From Paraspadella gotoi (taxonomy: Eukaryota; Animalia; Chaetognatha), in assembly GCA_051294375.1 (NCBI GenBank), contig CM119271.1, forward strand, positions 16,064,770-16,128,769: a stretch of 64,000 nucleotides of DNA, in the 5' to 3' direction. Position 1 is the stretch's first letter, and each line of letters begins with the position of its first letter. Below, in pieces: positions 49,697 to 62,543 of this stretch. The notes beneath the pieces were generated by a model, which was not told the DNA's origin, did not search any database, and worked only from the letters and a program-made list of their open reading frames with translations. The translations under genes were made by a program, and so were the position numbers.

Positions 49697-52600
49697 ATGC
49701 CTCTAATTCGCTCAGCCAGGGACACTGGCGTCGCTATGATGACGGCGACGGCGGCGTTTATCGTCGCCTCAATCGCGCCTCTCGTCGCTGGCGACATCTA
49801 CGTTCAGCGTTTTTATCCTCGGACGAATCAGACGCTCTTGATCCACGAGTACATCGATCAAGCGGCCGTCGGGTGGGCCGCGGAAAGTGAGTTGGAGTTC
49901 CTCAAAACTCATTTACATGTACATGAAATGTTTCAGTTCATTTTCTTTTTCTGGAACCTTTATATTATTTTTTGGGAGTTACTTTTAGTGAGTTTCTTTA
50001 AGTAGTTAATATATTTTGAATTTTAAAGCATTTCGTCGTAGAATGAATCTGTTATTTTACATTTTTCTTTAATCAGTCGATGAAAACATGTACGGTTATC
50101 TGGTTGCCGCTAATCCGGTCAACGCCTGCGAACCAATAACCGGCCCGCCCGCTCGCCAACTCAAGGATCGACTTTGGTTCGTCATGACGCGGAGGGGAGA
50201 TTGTAACTTTGGAGATAAAGCGAGAAACGCGGAGCACGCCGGTGAGTGAGAGGGAACGTCTGGCTCGGTTCAAATGGGCGAGTTAAGTAGAGACTTGGAT
50301 TTGGTGGGTTTCCTTTGCGAAAGTGGATTAGATTTGGAGAAAAGGATTTAGATTTGTAGACTATTTCGTGAAGCATTTTTTGAAACATTAAAGAAAAGTA
50401 AGTTTGTTTTTGTGACACTTAACAATCTTATTTCTCACAATTTCACTTTTCAGAATCTCACCTCTTTCCATCTTAAGTTTCACAGTCTCGAATGTCACAC
50501 TCATTTCTCACGTCTCACCTTCTCACCCTCAGGATTCGACGCTGTGATCGTGAGCAACGTCGGCAGCGACGATACGATGAAGATGAGCGGAGGCGACGTC
50601 GTCGTCGGAATTCCCGTCGTCTCAATGGGAGAGACGGCAGCTGAAGACTTGTTCGAGTACAACCACTTAAAGAATCCAGACTGCACCATCATCATCACCA
50701 GTGAGTTGGTGATTTATTTATGTTAATGATGGTTTTAAACTGTGATGGCAATATCGTGGAGTGGTATTTATTGATGACTGTAGATAAAGGGTTTTATTAA
50801 ACTGTGCTCTAATATATTGAAATAATTCGGATGTAAATGTGATGTCATATGAGTGATGTGATCTGATGATGTTTAGTTTTGAATATGTTTAATTAATATA
50901 TAATTAAATCTAAACAGATGAGAACGACTTTTCGTGGTTGGAACGATATCTGTGGCCATTTTTCGGAGTCATCACGGGCTGCTTCTGCTGCCTCGCCATC
51001 TACGTCCTCGTTAAGGTCAGCGTTAGATATTGCAATTGCCTTTGAATTCTACCAGTTCCTCCGCAATAAGTAAAAATAATATATTGTTATAATTATTAAT
51101 TATTCTATTAAAATTTGATGGCCTTAATTGCAGTGGATGATCGAGCGGCGCCGCGTCCGCCGCATCGCCTCCCGCCGCCGTCTCACAGAGAAGCAGCTCA
51201 AGAAAATCCCCACCAAGAAATTTAAAAAGGGCGACGCCTACGAAGTTTGCGCCATCTGTCTCGAAGACTACGAAGGTATTTAAGGTTGAAAGATGTGAAA
51301 ATGTTCTACTATCTCATTTGCATATTATCGTAATCAAGCAAATTACATTTTTCTGTTTATTTTATCTATCAAGAAGGGTCTGTTGACTTGATTAGTAGAG
51401 AATTTTGTAAGCTCTTCTTATATAAAGGTTTCTTCCATTTGTTTTATTCTGAGATGTATGCGTCACAACTATTTACAAGTATTCACAAGTATTTATTTTC
51501 ATACAATTAAAACATTCTTTGAAATATTTTCTACTTCATTGATAGGGAAGCCAGGTACTCTGGGAGTGAATAAACGAGACTGTGAGAGAGTCTTGATTGA
51601 AAGCTTGCAGGGACCTGCTATGTCATTATCCTGTAAGAAAGATGGAGGCCTTAAACCACCAAAGCCTGTCCAAAGTCAGGGGCAAGATGGCTTATTTTTT
51701 AAATGAATGGATAATTTTTATATTGGTTGTACCAGTTTCAAAAATTCACAATATATAAACCAGTTATGACATTTTTAGGGCGATAGGGTTGTTCTCAAAA
51801 AATGGGACGAAAAAGAATTGTCAACACGAACTCTTTTTCGACATTTTATCCATCTTAATTTCAAGATGACAAAACGATCCTCTCTCTTCCCATTTTTTCT
51901 CCCTTCGGAAATTCAGAGAACGAGAAACTCCGCATCCTTCCCTGCAACCACGCCTACCACACCAAATGCGTGGACCCTTGGCTGACCAAGAGTCGCAAAT
52001 CTTGTCCCGTCTGCAAGAGAAAAGTCCTCACTGGAAAAGAGATGGCGCGGAGAGATGCGGAGGAGAGGGAGGCTAGGAGGAGGGCGGATGAGGAGGAGGG
52101 GGAGAGATCGAGCGAGGAGGAATCGACGGAGGAAGAGGAGGAGGAGGGGCGTGGCAATCGGCAGGAGGTGCAGGAGGAGAGTCCCTTGTTGCAGGTTAAT
52201 AATAGACTTACGAACAAACTACTTTTAATTATTTTATTAATATTTTACTAACGTTTATATTTTGCAGGATCCTCCGACGCTGACGATCGTTGATCGACTT
52301 CGTCGCTTCTTTCGTCAACGCGACACGATCGAAGTTCCCATCGAAGAACAGACGCCTCGTTCCAGGTTTAAATCGAAACACCGGCGAATAATAACGCTAA
52401 TAAATAAATTAATAAATTAATAAATATTTTGAATTTTTTTTTTGAGTATTTTTTTTTATTAATAACAAAAACGATATTAACGATATTAACAACTTAACAA
52501 TTGCGTTAAGAAACTTGAGTATTTGATAAAAACGATATTAACAAAATTGAATACAAAAACGACAACGGTATCAATAACACCGTTAAAATATATTTTAGCG

Positions 52601-53185
52601 TCATTATTTGTGTATTTACTTTCGATTTCGTTGTTTACGAATTTAGGAAAAACAGTTTTGAATTGACAACGAATTTTAAAAACTGTCAATTAAATTCGTT
52701 GTCAAATCAAAACTGTTTTTCATAATGCGTCATTAATGAATGGTGAAAAATAAACCTCCAAGTCAACTGAATCTAAAAATATTAATTTAAATACGACAAT
52801 ATGCAAATGAGATAAAGAGACTCCTCCATCCTCCAACAACAGCAGAGGTTCGCGCTCGAGCTACGGCAGCCTCGACCGCAACGACGCCGCAGCCGACGAC
52901 GAGATGGCGGCGGCGGAGCGACGCCTTCAAATGCCGGTCGAGCCGCCGCTTCACCTCCAGCGTTCCGTAGAGTCCTCGCCCTCGGCCGCTCGACGCCGCG
53001 ATTGGCGAGAAGGCGACAGCCCGTGCGGATCGAGAGGCTCGCGGGGTCGAGGGCCGCCGCGCCCGTCACCACCGTCGAGGCCACCGTCCACGTGGAAGGG
53101 GGCGGGCCATCGGGGCGCGGCCGTCGGGGCCGAAGGAGGCGGCGACTGCGAAGCTCAACATGAATCGAACGTGGAAATCGTTTGA
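49697..53185 (+). CDS. PA-TM-RING-H2 E3 ubiquitin ligase, RNF13/RNF167 (Godzilla)-like
   Basis: Signal peptide; PA domain ([15 protein letters not shown]...[30 protein letters not shown]); TM segment (YLWPFF); [25 protein letters not shown]...[31 protein letters not shown]. Confidence 0.93.
51609..51690 (+). repeat. Dispersed ~80-bp repeat, homologous to 10589-10670
   Basis: See the partner copy; GC-richer than the surrounding intron. Confidence 0.7.
52455..52590 (+). repeat. AT-rich dispersed repeat shared with ~62848-62912
   Basis: TTATTAATAACAAAAACGATATTAAC...ATCAATAACACCGT(T/A)AAA is present at both loci. Confidence 0.6.
52647..52721. repeat. Near-perfect 30-bp inverted repeat (intronic hairpin)
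   Basis: GAAAAACAGTTTTGAATTGACAACGAATTT...AAATTCGTTGTCAAATCAAAACTGTTTTTC, with one mismatch. Confidence 0.85.
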
Positions 53186-55329
53186 AAGGAGAAATGGCTA
53201 AAGTGGTTGGACAAAGAGAGGGGTGGGGGGGGGTTGTGGCCACGGGGAACTAATTAAGGCAAATGATTCCTTTTTTGTCTTTTTTAAGGGTTTTTTTTTA
53301 GGGGGGGTTTTCTTTATCGCGTTTGATTTATAAGATTTTTTTTTTTTTACTAAATTTATTGTAAGCTTTTTTAAAATCTTTGCCTGACCTAACAAGTCGT
53401 CGTTCCCTCGGAACTCCCGTTTACCCCCTCCCCCTACGCCGCATTAAATGCCCTTAAACATCTGCCCAGTTCCTCCTTTCAAAATTATGCTTCATTCACT
53501 CTCCCCCCCTCCCCCATTGCCCTGTTGACGATTTCTCCCCATTTCCACTTTTTACCCAATTGCGACTCTTTCCAGAATTTTGTCGACAATCGTGATTCTT
53601 TATTTCGATTTGTGGTTTTAATCGAAGAAAAAACCCGAGGTTCTTAAAAAGCGAATTTTGTAGAGACCCGAGTTCGTTATAACCGATGTTCGGTTTGAAA
53701 GAAATCCCATGGTGATTTCAGATCTTTGTTTTTTTTTTCTGTGTGTTTGTGTTGGTCGGATCGATGAAAAGAGATAAAAGATGGAGCGCGAAGGCGAGAG
53801 AAAACTGACGGGAATTTTGAATAACCTTCGCATTAAAAGATTTCATTCTAAACTACACTCTCCCCCCTCGCGTATTATTCTTTAGGACGCAAACGTGCGG
53901 AGTCAATGCGTAAAAAGTGACGCTTTTTCTGTCCTTATTTAATTGAAAAATGAATAATTAAAAGCTTGATATTCATCATTGAACCATTGAAAAAGAAATG
54001 ATTATTTTTTTAATGATCATTATTTTACGCGATCATTTTTGTAGGTGCTAGTTTTTTTTTTGAGCGTTTTTTAAAAAATTGATTGAATGGAAATGAATTT
54101 GTAAATTTGTAACTCATGTTTTGCTGTTGGTAATTAATAGTAAAGGATAAGAAAAATTGAAACTGACCAGTTTCGTCATAATTTTTAAAAAACACAATAT
54201 TCGCTTGCGACTATTTTTTTTTTTACATATTGGCTATAGGCGGGCTCGTTTCGATAGAAAAAGGCCACACTGTATTTTCCGTTTTTTATTCTTGTTTTGT
54301 TTCTGTCAAATCAAATAAGTAATTCTGTTTTTGCGTTGGAAAACAACTTTTCATTCTCAGTTGTTCTGTTGTAGAAAGACAGGCGTTTTAATGATAACCA
54401 GATCAGATAGCTCTGACTCTTTCATTCTCTCTCCCCAGAAAATGCCATTGGCATTATTGTATAGTTAATAACATGCTATGAAATTGGTATATCGAAGAGT
54501 TGGACAAAAGAATAACGAGTTTTAATGATTGGTCGTCTTCTAGCGACATCTATCGACGCTCGATTGCAGCGACTTCTTCGTTCCTCTGCTGCGTCGGCCG
54601 CAGTCATTGCCGCATCTGCTGCAATTTCGTTTCTTCGGGCTCCAACGTTTGCTTTTGATAAAGCTAATCAAATGTTTCAATACATTAATAAAGTTTATAT
54701 GAATTCCCTTTTATTAAATTTCGCGATTATAAGTTTAACGTTTGAAAATTTCTGAAATTTTTTTTTAGCCGAGATCGAGTTTTGTTGATTTGTTACGTTA
54801 AAAATTGGTTTAATACAAAATGATGTGCGGCTGAGTGATTTATTGCTACAATGTGATACCGTCGTAAAAGTATTCTGCAGCATTCAGGACTCCCATTCAA
54901 GTAAAAATAATATAATATTCAAATATAAAATTGAGACAACCACATTGTTGTGTTGAGTTTAGGTCCAACTTGAAGTTAAGACTTAAAAATACGATTTCGC
55001 TTGATCTTTTTCAAATGAACTCATAAGGTAGCATTATATTATATATTATTATATTATAAGTATAATAATTTGCCGCATAAAACGAAAGAAAAAACTGACC
55101 GACCGACGTCGTGAGAACTTAACGCTGAATCGCTCACGTCGGTCCACCGTCAGTCCGAGATTTTCCGAATCAATTCTATTTTTAGATATTTTTCTATTTT
55201 CAACTTTTTCTCCTTTTTCGACCGAAATTTTTCTGCATGTTTTTATCCCCGTCATGGATTTGGAGTTGTCGTTGTTGTGAAAAGAGTATGAATCTCCAAA
55301 GACATGCCTTCGGTCAGCATCGGGAAAAC

Positions 55330-55506
55330 GGGTTACTTTTACTTTCGCCGACCGGGGTTAGGGTTAAGGGTGTTTTAAGGTTAGGGGTAGTTATGGTTAA
55401 AAGAGTTTAGGTTTAGGGTAATTAGGTAATATTTATGAAAAAACAAATTTTTAAATGGTTTTTCAAAAACAGCCAAATCCGCGGTCGGCAAAAGTTAAAT
55501 TTAGCC
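55330..55506. mobile_element. ~177-bp MITE with an 8-bp TSD and telomere-like internal repeats (Merlin-like)
   Basis: TSD GGGAAAAC at 55322-55329 and 55507-55514. The 24-bp TIRs start with GG and match at 19/24 positions. The interior carries degenerate GGTTAGGG repeats. Confidence 0.7.
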
Positions 55507-55725
55507 GGGAAAACTATGTAATCGATCTTGTAAATTGTGGATAAAAGGAATGAGGGTGAGGAAGTCCTCGGCATCCAAGTCGTCGTCATCGTCATCATCT
55601 TCATTGGATTTGGAGGTAAGAAAATATTTTTTTTCTTTTTTTTATCACGCTATAAACTGACAACAGACGCTAATAAAAACAAAGACGCTAAAATAAACAA
55701 AGAAAAGAAAGACTTAAGGAGACCG

Positions 55726-56038
55726 TAATAATTGTTATGAGTTAGTGACAGAACCGCAGTCCCTGAGCTTCGGATCAGGCTGTAACACCGTGTTAAAGGC
55801 GGGTTAAGTGCCCCGTCCCTCTTATCTCCTAGGCGACCATCGGTCTAGAACCCCGGACCTTTGCGTTGGGAGGCAAATGAAATAATAATGAACAAAAATT
55901 TATCAAAGCTTAATCAGAATACGACAATATGCAAATGAGATTGTGGAACTCGATCTCATTCGAGACAATACACAAATTAATTCGCTACACCTTCACCAAT
56001 GGCCGCTCATGAACGGTTGGTGGATTTTAGTACAACAT
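55726..56038 (-). mobile_element. tRNA-derived SINE-like element, copy 2, interrupted by a ~104-bp insertion
   Basis: Reverse-complement match to 11237-11459. The insertion at 55881-55984 contains the ATGCAAATGAGATT hairpin repeat. Confidence 0.75.
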
Positions 56039-56373
56039 AGACTCACAGAAATAGAAGGGTGATCGTCTGAAGGGACGTTTGATAATTAATTAATTAATTA
56101 ATAATTATTCGGTTTAATTTAATCAACTACAACCTGTTACTTTGATTGTGTAAAGAAAACATTTTCGTCGTCGTCGTCGACTTTTAATTCCTTCTCTTAT
56201 CTCGATTCCTTATCGATTCTCCTCAAACATTTTTTCTCTTTAGCTCAAAATCGCGAACTTTGAATTCGGAAAAAAAAAGAAACGTGGGGAGAAAGAGAGA
56301 GAGAAAAAAAACAACTGGGGAGGGAAAATAAAAAGAAATAAAAAATAAAAGGGGGGGAAACGATAAAATAAAG

Positions 56374-58980
56374 ATGGCGACTGGCGCCTTCGACTTGAGT
56401 TATTTGCTGAACATCAACGCTGTTATTGTCGAGTTTCTTCTTCCGCTCATTTCACCCGAAGATCTCGCGTCTCTCGAACTCGTCAACACGGAATGCTTTG
56501 ACGCCGTCGCGAAAAACGGTGAGTTCGCCGTTGTTTGGAGATAGTGAATTCACCGTTGTTTTAGGATGGCGTGTAATTCGTGACTTAGGGACAGTAGGGA
56601 TACTTGGAACACTGACTCTGCTGTTTAATACTCAGGGGCTTTGTGAATCCACTCTTGCATGTGAACGGTGATACCGTCGTTGCTTAGAGACCGTTTATTC
56701 AAATAGTGTGAAGCAAGTTTTCTCTTATAGGCGGGTGTGAACATATTGCAATGCCCGACTACATTTCTGTCTGACAATCCATGTTAAATGACATGAATAA
56801 AACTTGTCCAGATTTGTGGAGGACGAAGATTAAGTCTTTCGTCGCGAATCGACATGCCGTTCGTCGCGTCTGTCGTCTTTCCGGTCTCGACTTGAAGGCG
56901 GAGTTGGATGAGCGTCCCAAGTGTCTCCGCGCGAGACTCAGAGCCGTCGAGGCGCGCCTGAGGAGAAACTTGGCCGAGGGCGCTCTGGCGCGGACGACCT
57001 TCTCTTGTTCCGCCGACGTTCACCTCGACGACGGAGACAGCAACATCTATTATCGCCACGTGGCGTCGCTGGACGACGGGACCCATGCCTTCGCGGCTCA
57101 CGGTAAACGGGTCGACGTGATGCGGATCGTGCGACGAGCGGGCGGCGCTGGCGGCGACGCCTGGGCTGGCCCAGGCGGTGGCGCCGCCCTCGAGTTTCGT
57201 CACCACATCTCTTGGGGTCAGGAAGAGGCGGAGGATTTTGAGAAAACTTCGGTCGCCAGAGAATTGGATCTCTTCGCTAGATTCGTTAAAGTCGAAGGAA
57301 ATTTGCTTTTCATCGCCCATTTCAGGTTGGAGAGCAAGAGACCAACGATTCAATGTGATACATAGGAAGATTTAAGGAATAAATTCTATGAGCCATTGAT
57401 TCGTTCCAGAATAGTCTCACTTGCCTGAAAATTTTGATTTTTGCTATTGACACATCGTTGACATTATTAAATTTGACGAATTATATCTTGGAAAAAAAAT
57501 CGACTTTGTTACTATTTTTTTTTTTTTTTTACATTGACGTCCTCTAACAGCGGAACCATCACCGTCTGGAACTGGGAAAAGCGGGCGTTCCTCCGCCGAT
57601 TCCGCGGTCATCTGCTCAGGAAGACGTTCTCCAGTCCGATTAAAGCCTTCGCCGTCGGAGGACGCGAAATCGCTATCGGCTTCGTCGATGGTTACGTCGC
57701 TCTTTTGCGCTTTGACGAAGACAGGAATGAGGTGCGCGGGAAAGAAGGGAGCTTGGCCCTAAGGCTTGCTCATCAATGATCGGGCGTGACCCTTTGTAAT
57801 GTACATTAATAAGGGGGCCTGTACTTTTGGCATGCTCAATAGTAAGAGGGCGTGGTCCTTAGGCATATTTGCTAAATAATGGGCGTGGCCCTTTGAGCGC
57901 CGCCAATGATAGACATCGCCTTATTTCGCGCCAATTGAGTGTCAAGGTAAAAATTTCTGTCCATTTGTCTATTGTCTTTTCCTTCAAATTATGTGTTGTT
58001 GGAGCTCAGTTAAATTATCTTCTTTCGTCGCCGTTTCATGAAGTTCCATCTCCGCGGATACGTGGACCCGTTGGAGGTGGGAGGCGGCGAAGGGCTCCAG
58101 CTTCGCGCGTTGGATGTCGACGCTGGAATTCTCGTCGTCGCCTACGCGGATCAAATCCTTACGGTGGGCGTGGAGTCGATGGCGGTGGAGAGGCGAATTT
58201 GGTGGAACAGCGATTCCCTCGTCGAACTCAGTTTCAACGCAAGGAAGAAGGAAATTCTGGTCAGAAAGAAAGTTTAGGTTTTATTTATTTATTAATCGTT
58301 TTATTCGTGAAACGAATAATTGAGTTTGAGGGAAAAGATTACAATTTTTTAAGCCTCGAATTGTTGATAAAGAAATGCAGAAAGTCAAATATTCTATTGA
58401 ATTATTAACCTTGAATTATGGCTTATGCTCGTTGTTACGTCTCGAGGCGTTTGTAATTGTGAAAGTAACTTCTCTCACTCGTTGATTTGTGGCTTAACAT
58501 CTCTTACTTCCCCACTTTTTTTTTCAAAGATCGGCAACATTTTCGGCGACGAATTTTTTTTGTTGGACTCAAAATCGGGGAAAGTCCTTCGCCGATTCTC
58601 TCTTCCAGAAAACGAGATGATGACTTCCATCGCTACAGACTGGGACGACCACGTCGCAGCCGGATCTTGGGAGGCCAGCATCTTCGTCTGGGAAAAGGAG
58701 GCCGACTCAAAGCCGCTCAAAGTTTATAAGAGTGAAGAGAGAGCGAAGGTTAAAAACAAGATAACGGGAGGTCATAGAAGACTGGATTTTTTTTTGTCAT
58801 AATCAACTATAATTTGTGGTAATTTAAGATTTTGATTTTGTCCAGCTTAACATCTCGCAACAAACTTATCGCGCTTCTGGAATCGATCACTTAAACTTTG
58901 ATGGAATTCATTTGACCTTCACCGAGACTCATGGAACAAACGTGACTCTTTTGGACGTCGGACGAGACGCTTTTCTATAA
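56374..58980 (+). CDS. Divergent F-box-like protein with WD40-like repeats
   Basis: N-terminal IVEFLLPLISPEDLASLELVNTEC...DLWR (F-box-like), followed by GTITVWNWE...FRGH, IAIGFVDGYVAL and VAAGSWEASIFVWE (WD-like). Stop TAA at 58978-58980. Confidence 0.65.
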
Positions 58981-60638
58981 GAGATTAAGTGAGATTGTAG
59001 GGTTGTAACCCGGATTTTTCAATTCAGAATCAATTCGCCTCAGTGAATAATCATTCAATCTCATTCAAATTTACATATTGTAGTATTTTTAAAGATTTAA
59101 AATTAGTCTTTCTCAAATGGTTCCCCGACTGTTTTTTTTTAATGATTTGTAATTAACATTTTTTATTAAACTGAAATTGATTAAATGTATTGAAGTTTTT
59201 AATAGAAATAATTATGGTTCATTCCTTTTGTTTTAATGTTTTACTTATTTCAGGGCATGAAGGTGAGCGCCGTATTTCTTGGAGAGTTGAGTTATCGCTT
59301 ATTTAGACAATAGCTTACATAAAATAATAATAACGGTATAAATAATGATAAAACTCACCGAAACTGCTGGGTACTTTTGCGACGAGTTGACTGGGTGACA
59401 ATAATATGAAAGTATGGCAACAGCCGGGTTGACTGTGATGGTCATTGGGATGGGGCATCTCACTGTCGACTTTGGGGGCTTCCGACGCCTTCTGTCACTG
59501 GCGCGCTTGGGATGGTGCATTCCCCCTCTGAGCCAATAGGATTGGCTGAATGAAGCTGAAGGTTAAAAGACGAAAAAAAAACCGCACAATTTTTTTTCTT
59601 GCAAGAAATACTTTTTTTTGTTTACTTAATTTTGTTTTGTTTTCTTCAGACACATTCACAAATGCAAAAACGACGGAAAAATAAACCTCGCATCTTTTTG
59701 GATGCAATTTGGTCCGTGAGTTAAGTGGTTATAGCGATAATCAAAGATATAAACAAGGATACAGCATGTGCAGAAACGTCATAGCTCATAGCATAACATA
59801 GTGGTCCACTCAAGAAAAAGCTTCAATCCTCGAATAAACGGTATTATCTGTTTTAACTAGGAGAACCTGGGGTTAACTTGAAATTTGCGATGGGAGAAAA
59901 TAATTCATTTCTTCTTCAAAATGATATTAGTTAAAACGGAACGCACTTTTAGTTATGTATACTATATTACAAGATTACGTAACATTATTACATGTGAATA
60001 AATAATGATAATAATATATGCGTTAAAACTTATTTTTCTGTGATGTAGTTTTTGAATAATTATGTAATTCGCTATAGTTGCTGGCATTTATAAATAAATC
60101 GTTTTTACTCATTGATATTTATAGTCTATATGAAAGTCGTTCTTAATCCGATTAGTTTTCGGTCATATGCTTGTATAAATCCATCGCATTAACTAACTTT
60201 TTATATCTTTATAATTTTTAAGACTAACCGCAGAATTTTGAATAAATCCAAAAAAAGATTCTTGCCATCTTGCCATATTGCTTTGTGTACAATAATTATT
60301 GCTAAATTTTGATACTTTTTGAAAATTTCATTTTGTCCTAAAATTGCTGAATTTTGCATTCGATCTATACGTATTCTGACTTTATTTATCATTCTAGCAT
60401 AAAATGGCATTTATTCAAAATCTGCTCATTCGTATAAAGAGGGTATAAATTTTTTGACCACTTCTTATTCAGATAAATAATTATTTATATCAACTCTTCT
60501 ACCAATTATAATCCAGAGAAAAGATCAAAATTTAAAATAAAACCGTGTGCTGTATTCTTCATCTAAATAAGCCAGAAAAAAAAATAAATCAATAGAAGTC
60601 AATAAAATAAAGAAAGAAAGAAAAAGAGAAAAAAAGAA

Positions 60639-61550
60639 ATGACGACTACGGCCGACCCCTCTTCCTCTTCCTCCTCCTCCTCTCCCGCTTCCGCCTCCAA
60701 GAACGAGGCCGACCCCAAGAAGATGTTCGTGGGAGGGCTTAGTTGGGAGACGTCGACGGAAGAATTGAAGGAATACTTTACTTCCTTCGGCGAAGTCGTC
60801 GACGCCACGATCAAAACGGACGCGACGGGGACATCGAGAGGCTTCGGCTTTGTCCTCTTCGCGGAAGAGGCGTCGGTAGAGGCCGTCCTCGCCGCCGGAA
60901 AACTCGTCCTCAAAGAGAAGAAGATCGAAGCGAAACGCGCCGCCGTCAAGGAGATTAAGAAGATCTTCGTCGGAGGCGTCGACCCCAAGATGCCGGAGGA
61001 AGACATCCGCGCCCACTTTGTTCAGTACGGAGAGATCGAGGCCGTGGAACTACCCGTCGACAAGGAAAAGGGCGGAAGGCGTGGATTCGTGTTTGTCACA
61101 TTCGCCACGGCCGAAGCCTGCGACAAGGCGGCCGGGCGGGGAAAGGCCAAGCAGAAGATCGGCGAGAATCCCGTCGATGTCAAGAAGGCCGTCCCTCAAA
61201 AGCCTGGCGGCGGCGGTGGAGCCGCCGGAGGAGGAGGAATGGCCGGCGGTTATTATCCGCCAGGTGGCTACGACCCGGGATACTACGGTTACTATGGCGG
61301 ATACGGTTATCCTGGTTACGGAATGCCCGCCGGTGGAGGCCGCGGACGGGGCTTCGGCAGGGGACGGGGTAGGGGTGCCGCCTCGGCCGCGTACGGGGCT
61401 TATCAGTACGACCCGTACGCGGGTTACGACTTCAGTCAGGACTACGGCTACGGGGACTCTATGGGGTACGGCTATCCACCGATGCCCATGCCCGGTGGGG
61501 GGAAGATGAGGGGAAGGGGGAGGGGGGCCAGAGGATCCGCGCCATATTGA
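60639..61550 (+). CDS. hnRNP A/B/D (squid/Hrp40-like) two-RRM protein, intronless CDS
   Basis: KMFVGGLSWET...SRGFGFVLF and KIFVGGV...RRGFVFVTF RRMs, a Gly/Tyr/RGG tail and a C-terminal PY. Confidence 0.92.
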   Translation: MTTTADPSSSSSSSSPASASKNEADPKKMFVGGLSWETSTEELKEYFTSFGEVVDATIKTDATGTSRGFGFVLFAEEASVEAVLAAGKLVLKEKKIEAKRAAVKEIKKIFVGGVDPKMPEEDIRAHFVQYGEIEAVELPVDKEKGGRRGFVFVTFATAEACDKAAGRGKAKQKIGENPVDVKKAVPQKPGGGGGAAGGGGMAGGYYPPGGYDPGYYGYYGGYGYPGYGMPAGGGRGRGFGRGRGRGAASAAYGAYQYDPYAGYDFSQDYGYGDSMGYGYPPMPMPGGGKMRGRGRGARGSAPY

Positions 61551-62543
61551 TGAGACTTTGGCAATTAACTCTACATTTTGTATGTATTATGTATTATGTG
61601 TAAAAAGAGATCTTAGAGGAATGTCCTCTTATGTTTTTCTGTTGTGGAGGAAATTTCCTTCTTTGCGGGCGGGGATTGTTGAATTATTATTTTGGTTAAT
61701 ATCATCTTAATGAACTGGACCCCCCGAGTATTCTTCAATTTTTTTTATATTATTTTGGAATTATTAGTAAATTGAGCCTTTTAATAATTAATGTAATTAT
61801 ATGTATCATATGTTTAATTGTTAAGGAGTTTCTACGCTCGTTTTTCGTGACGCTTTGTTCTACAATTGTGATGTTCGACTTTTGGCTAAACCGTCAATAG
61901 ATCACTCCTTATATTCTTGAAATGTTTAAGGCTCCTACTCATGATAAGCAAATATTCATTTAATCTCCCGCACATCCGTTATATTTTCTCGACGAGTGTA
62001 CATTACTATGGATTTTTCTTTAAGATTCTATTTTTGTTAACACTGCGTATCATGCTCAAAAAGATTTCATTAAAATGTAATCAGATCGACCAATAAGCGT
62101 ATTTAAATATTTGAGAGGAGAATAAGTTTCCTTTGAGAAAAATAGTTATGGTCGAAAGAAGCAAATCGTCCTCTTTTTTCAGAACCCGCGGTTCCGCGTT
62201 GGTTTTTTTTTCACCATTTTTGTTTAAATGTTTTTATTTTATTTTGCGAATTCGTAATAAGCGACGAGAGAGAGAGAGAGTGTGTGAGAGCGAGACAAAG
62301 AGTCGATGGCCGCGACGGAGAAAGAAACTCGGTCGGAATTCTGGACGGAATCTCGTGACACGATCACGGAACATAACGCATCCGGTTTCGCCAAAAGTGG
62401 ATTCCGAGTTTCTGACCTCTGATCCTAAAAATAAGAAAATCTCTCACTTCGTTTCGCGATGCTTCATCGCTGTCACGCCCTATGACGCCCCCCTCCCAAA
62501 TCCGTCTCGATCATGATATCCATCGCCAAATAACAACAACAAC

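Noticed and set aside
55353-55427. True telomere or chromosome-fusion relic
   Set aside because: Short, degenerate and enclosed by TIRs and a TSD.
53190-56370. Hidden gene or SL RNA in the longest spacer
   Set aside because: No credible exon chain, and no convincing donor plus Sm-site stem-loop found by eye; it contains a MITE, a SINE and UTR-like sequence.
8881-61016. Many minus-strand ORFs (e.g. 8881-9423, 23778-24401, 42453-43010, 56784-57353, 60525-61016)
   Set aside because: They are antisense shadows of GC-rich + strand exons with no recognisable domains.
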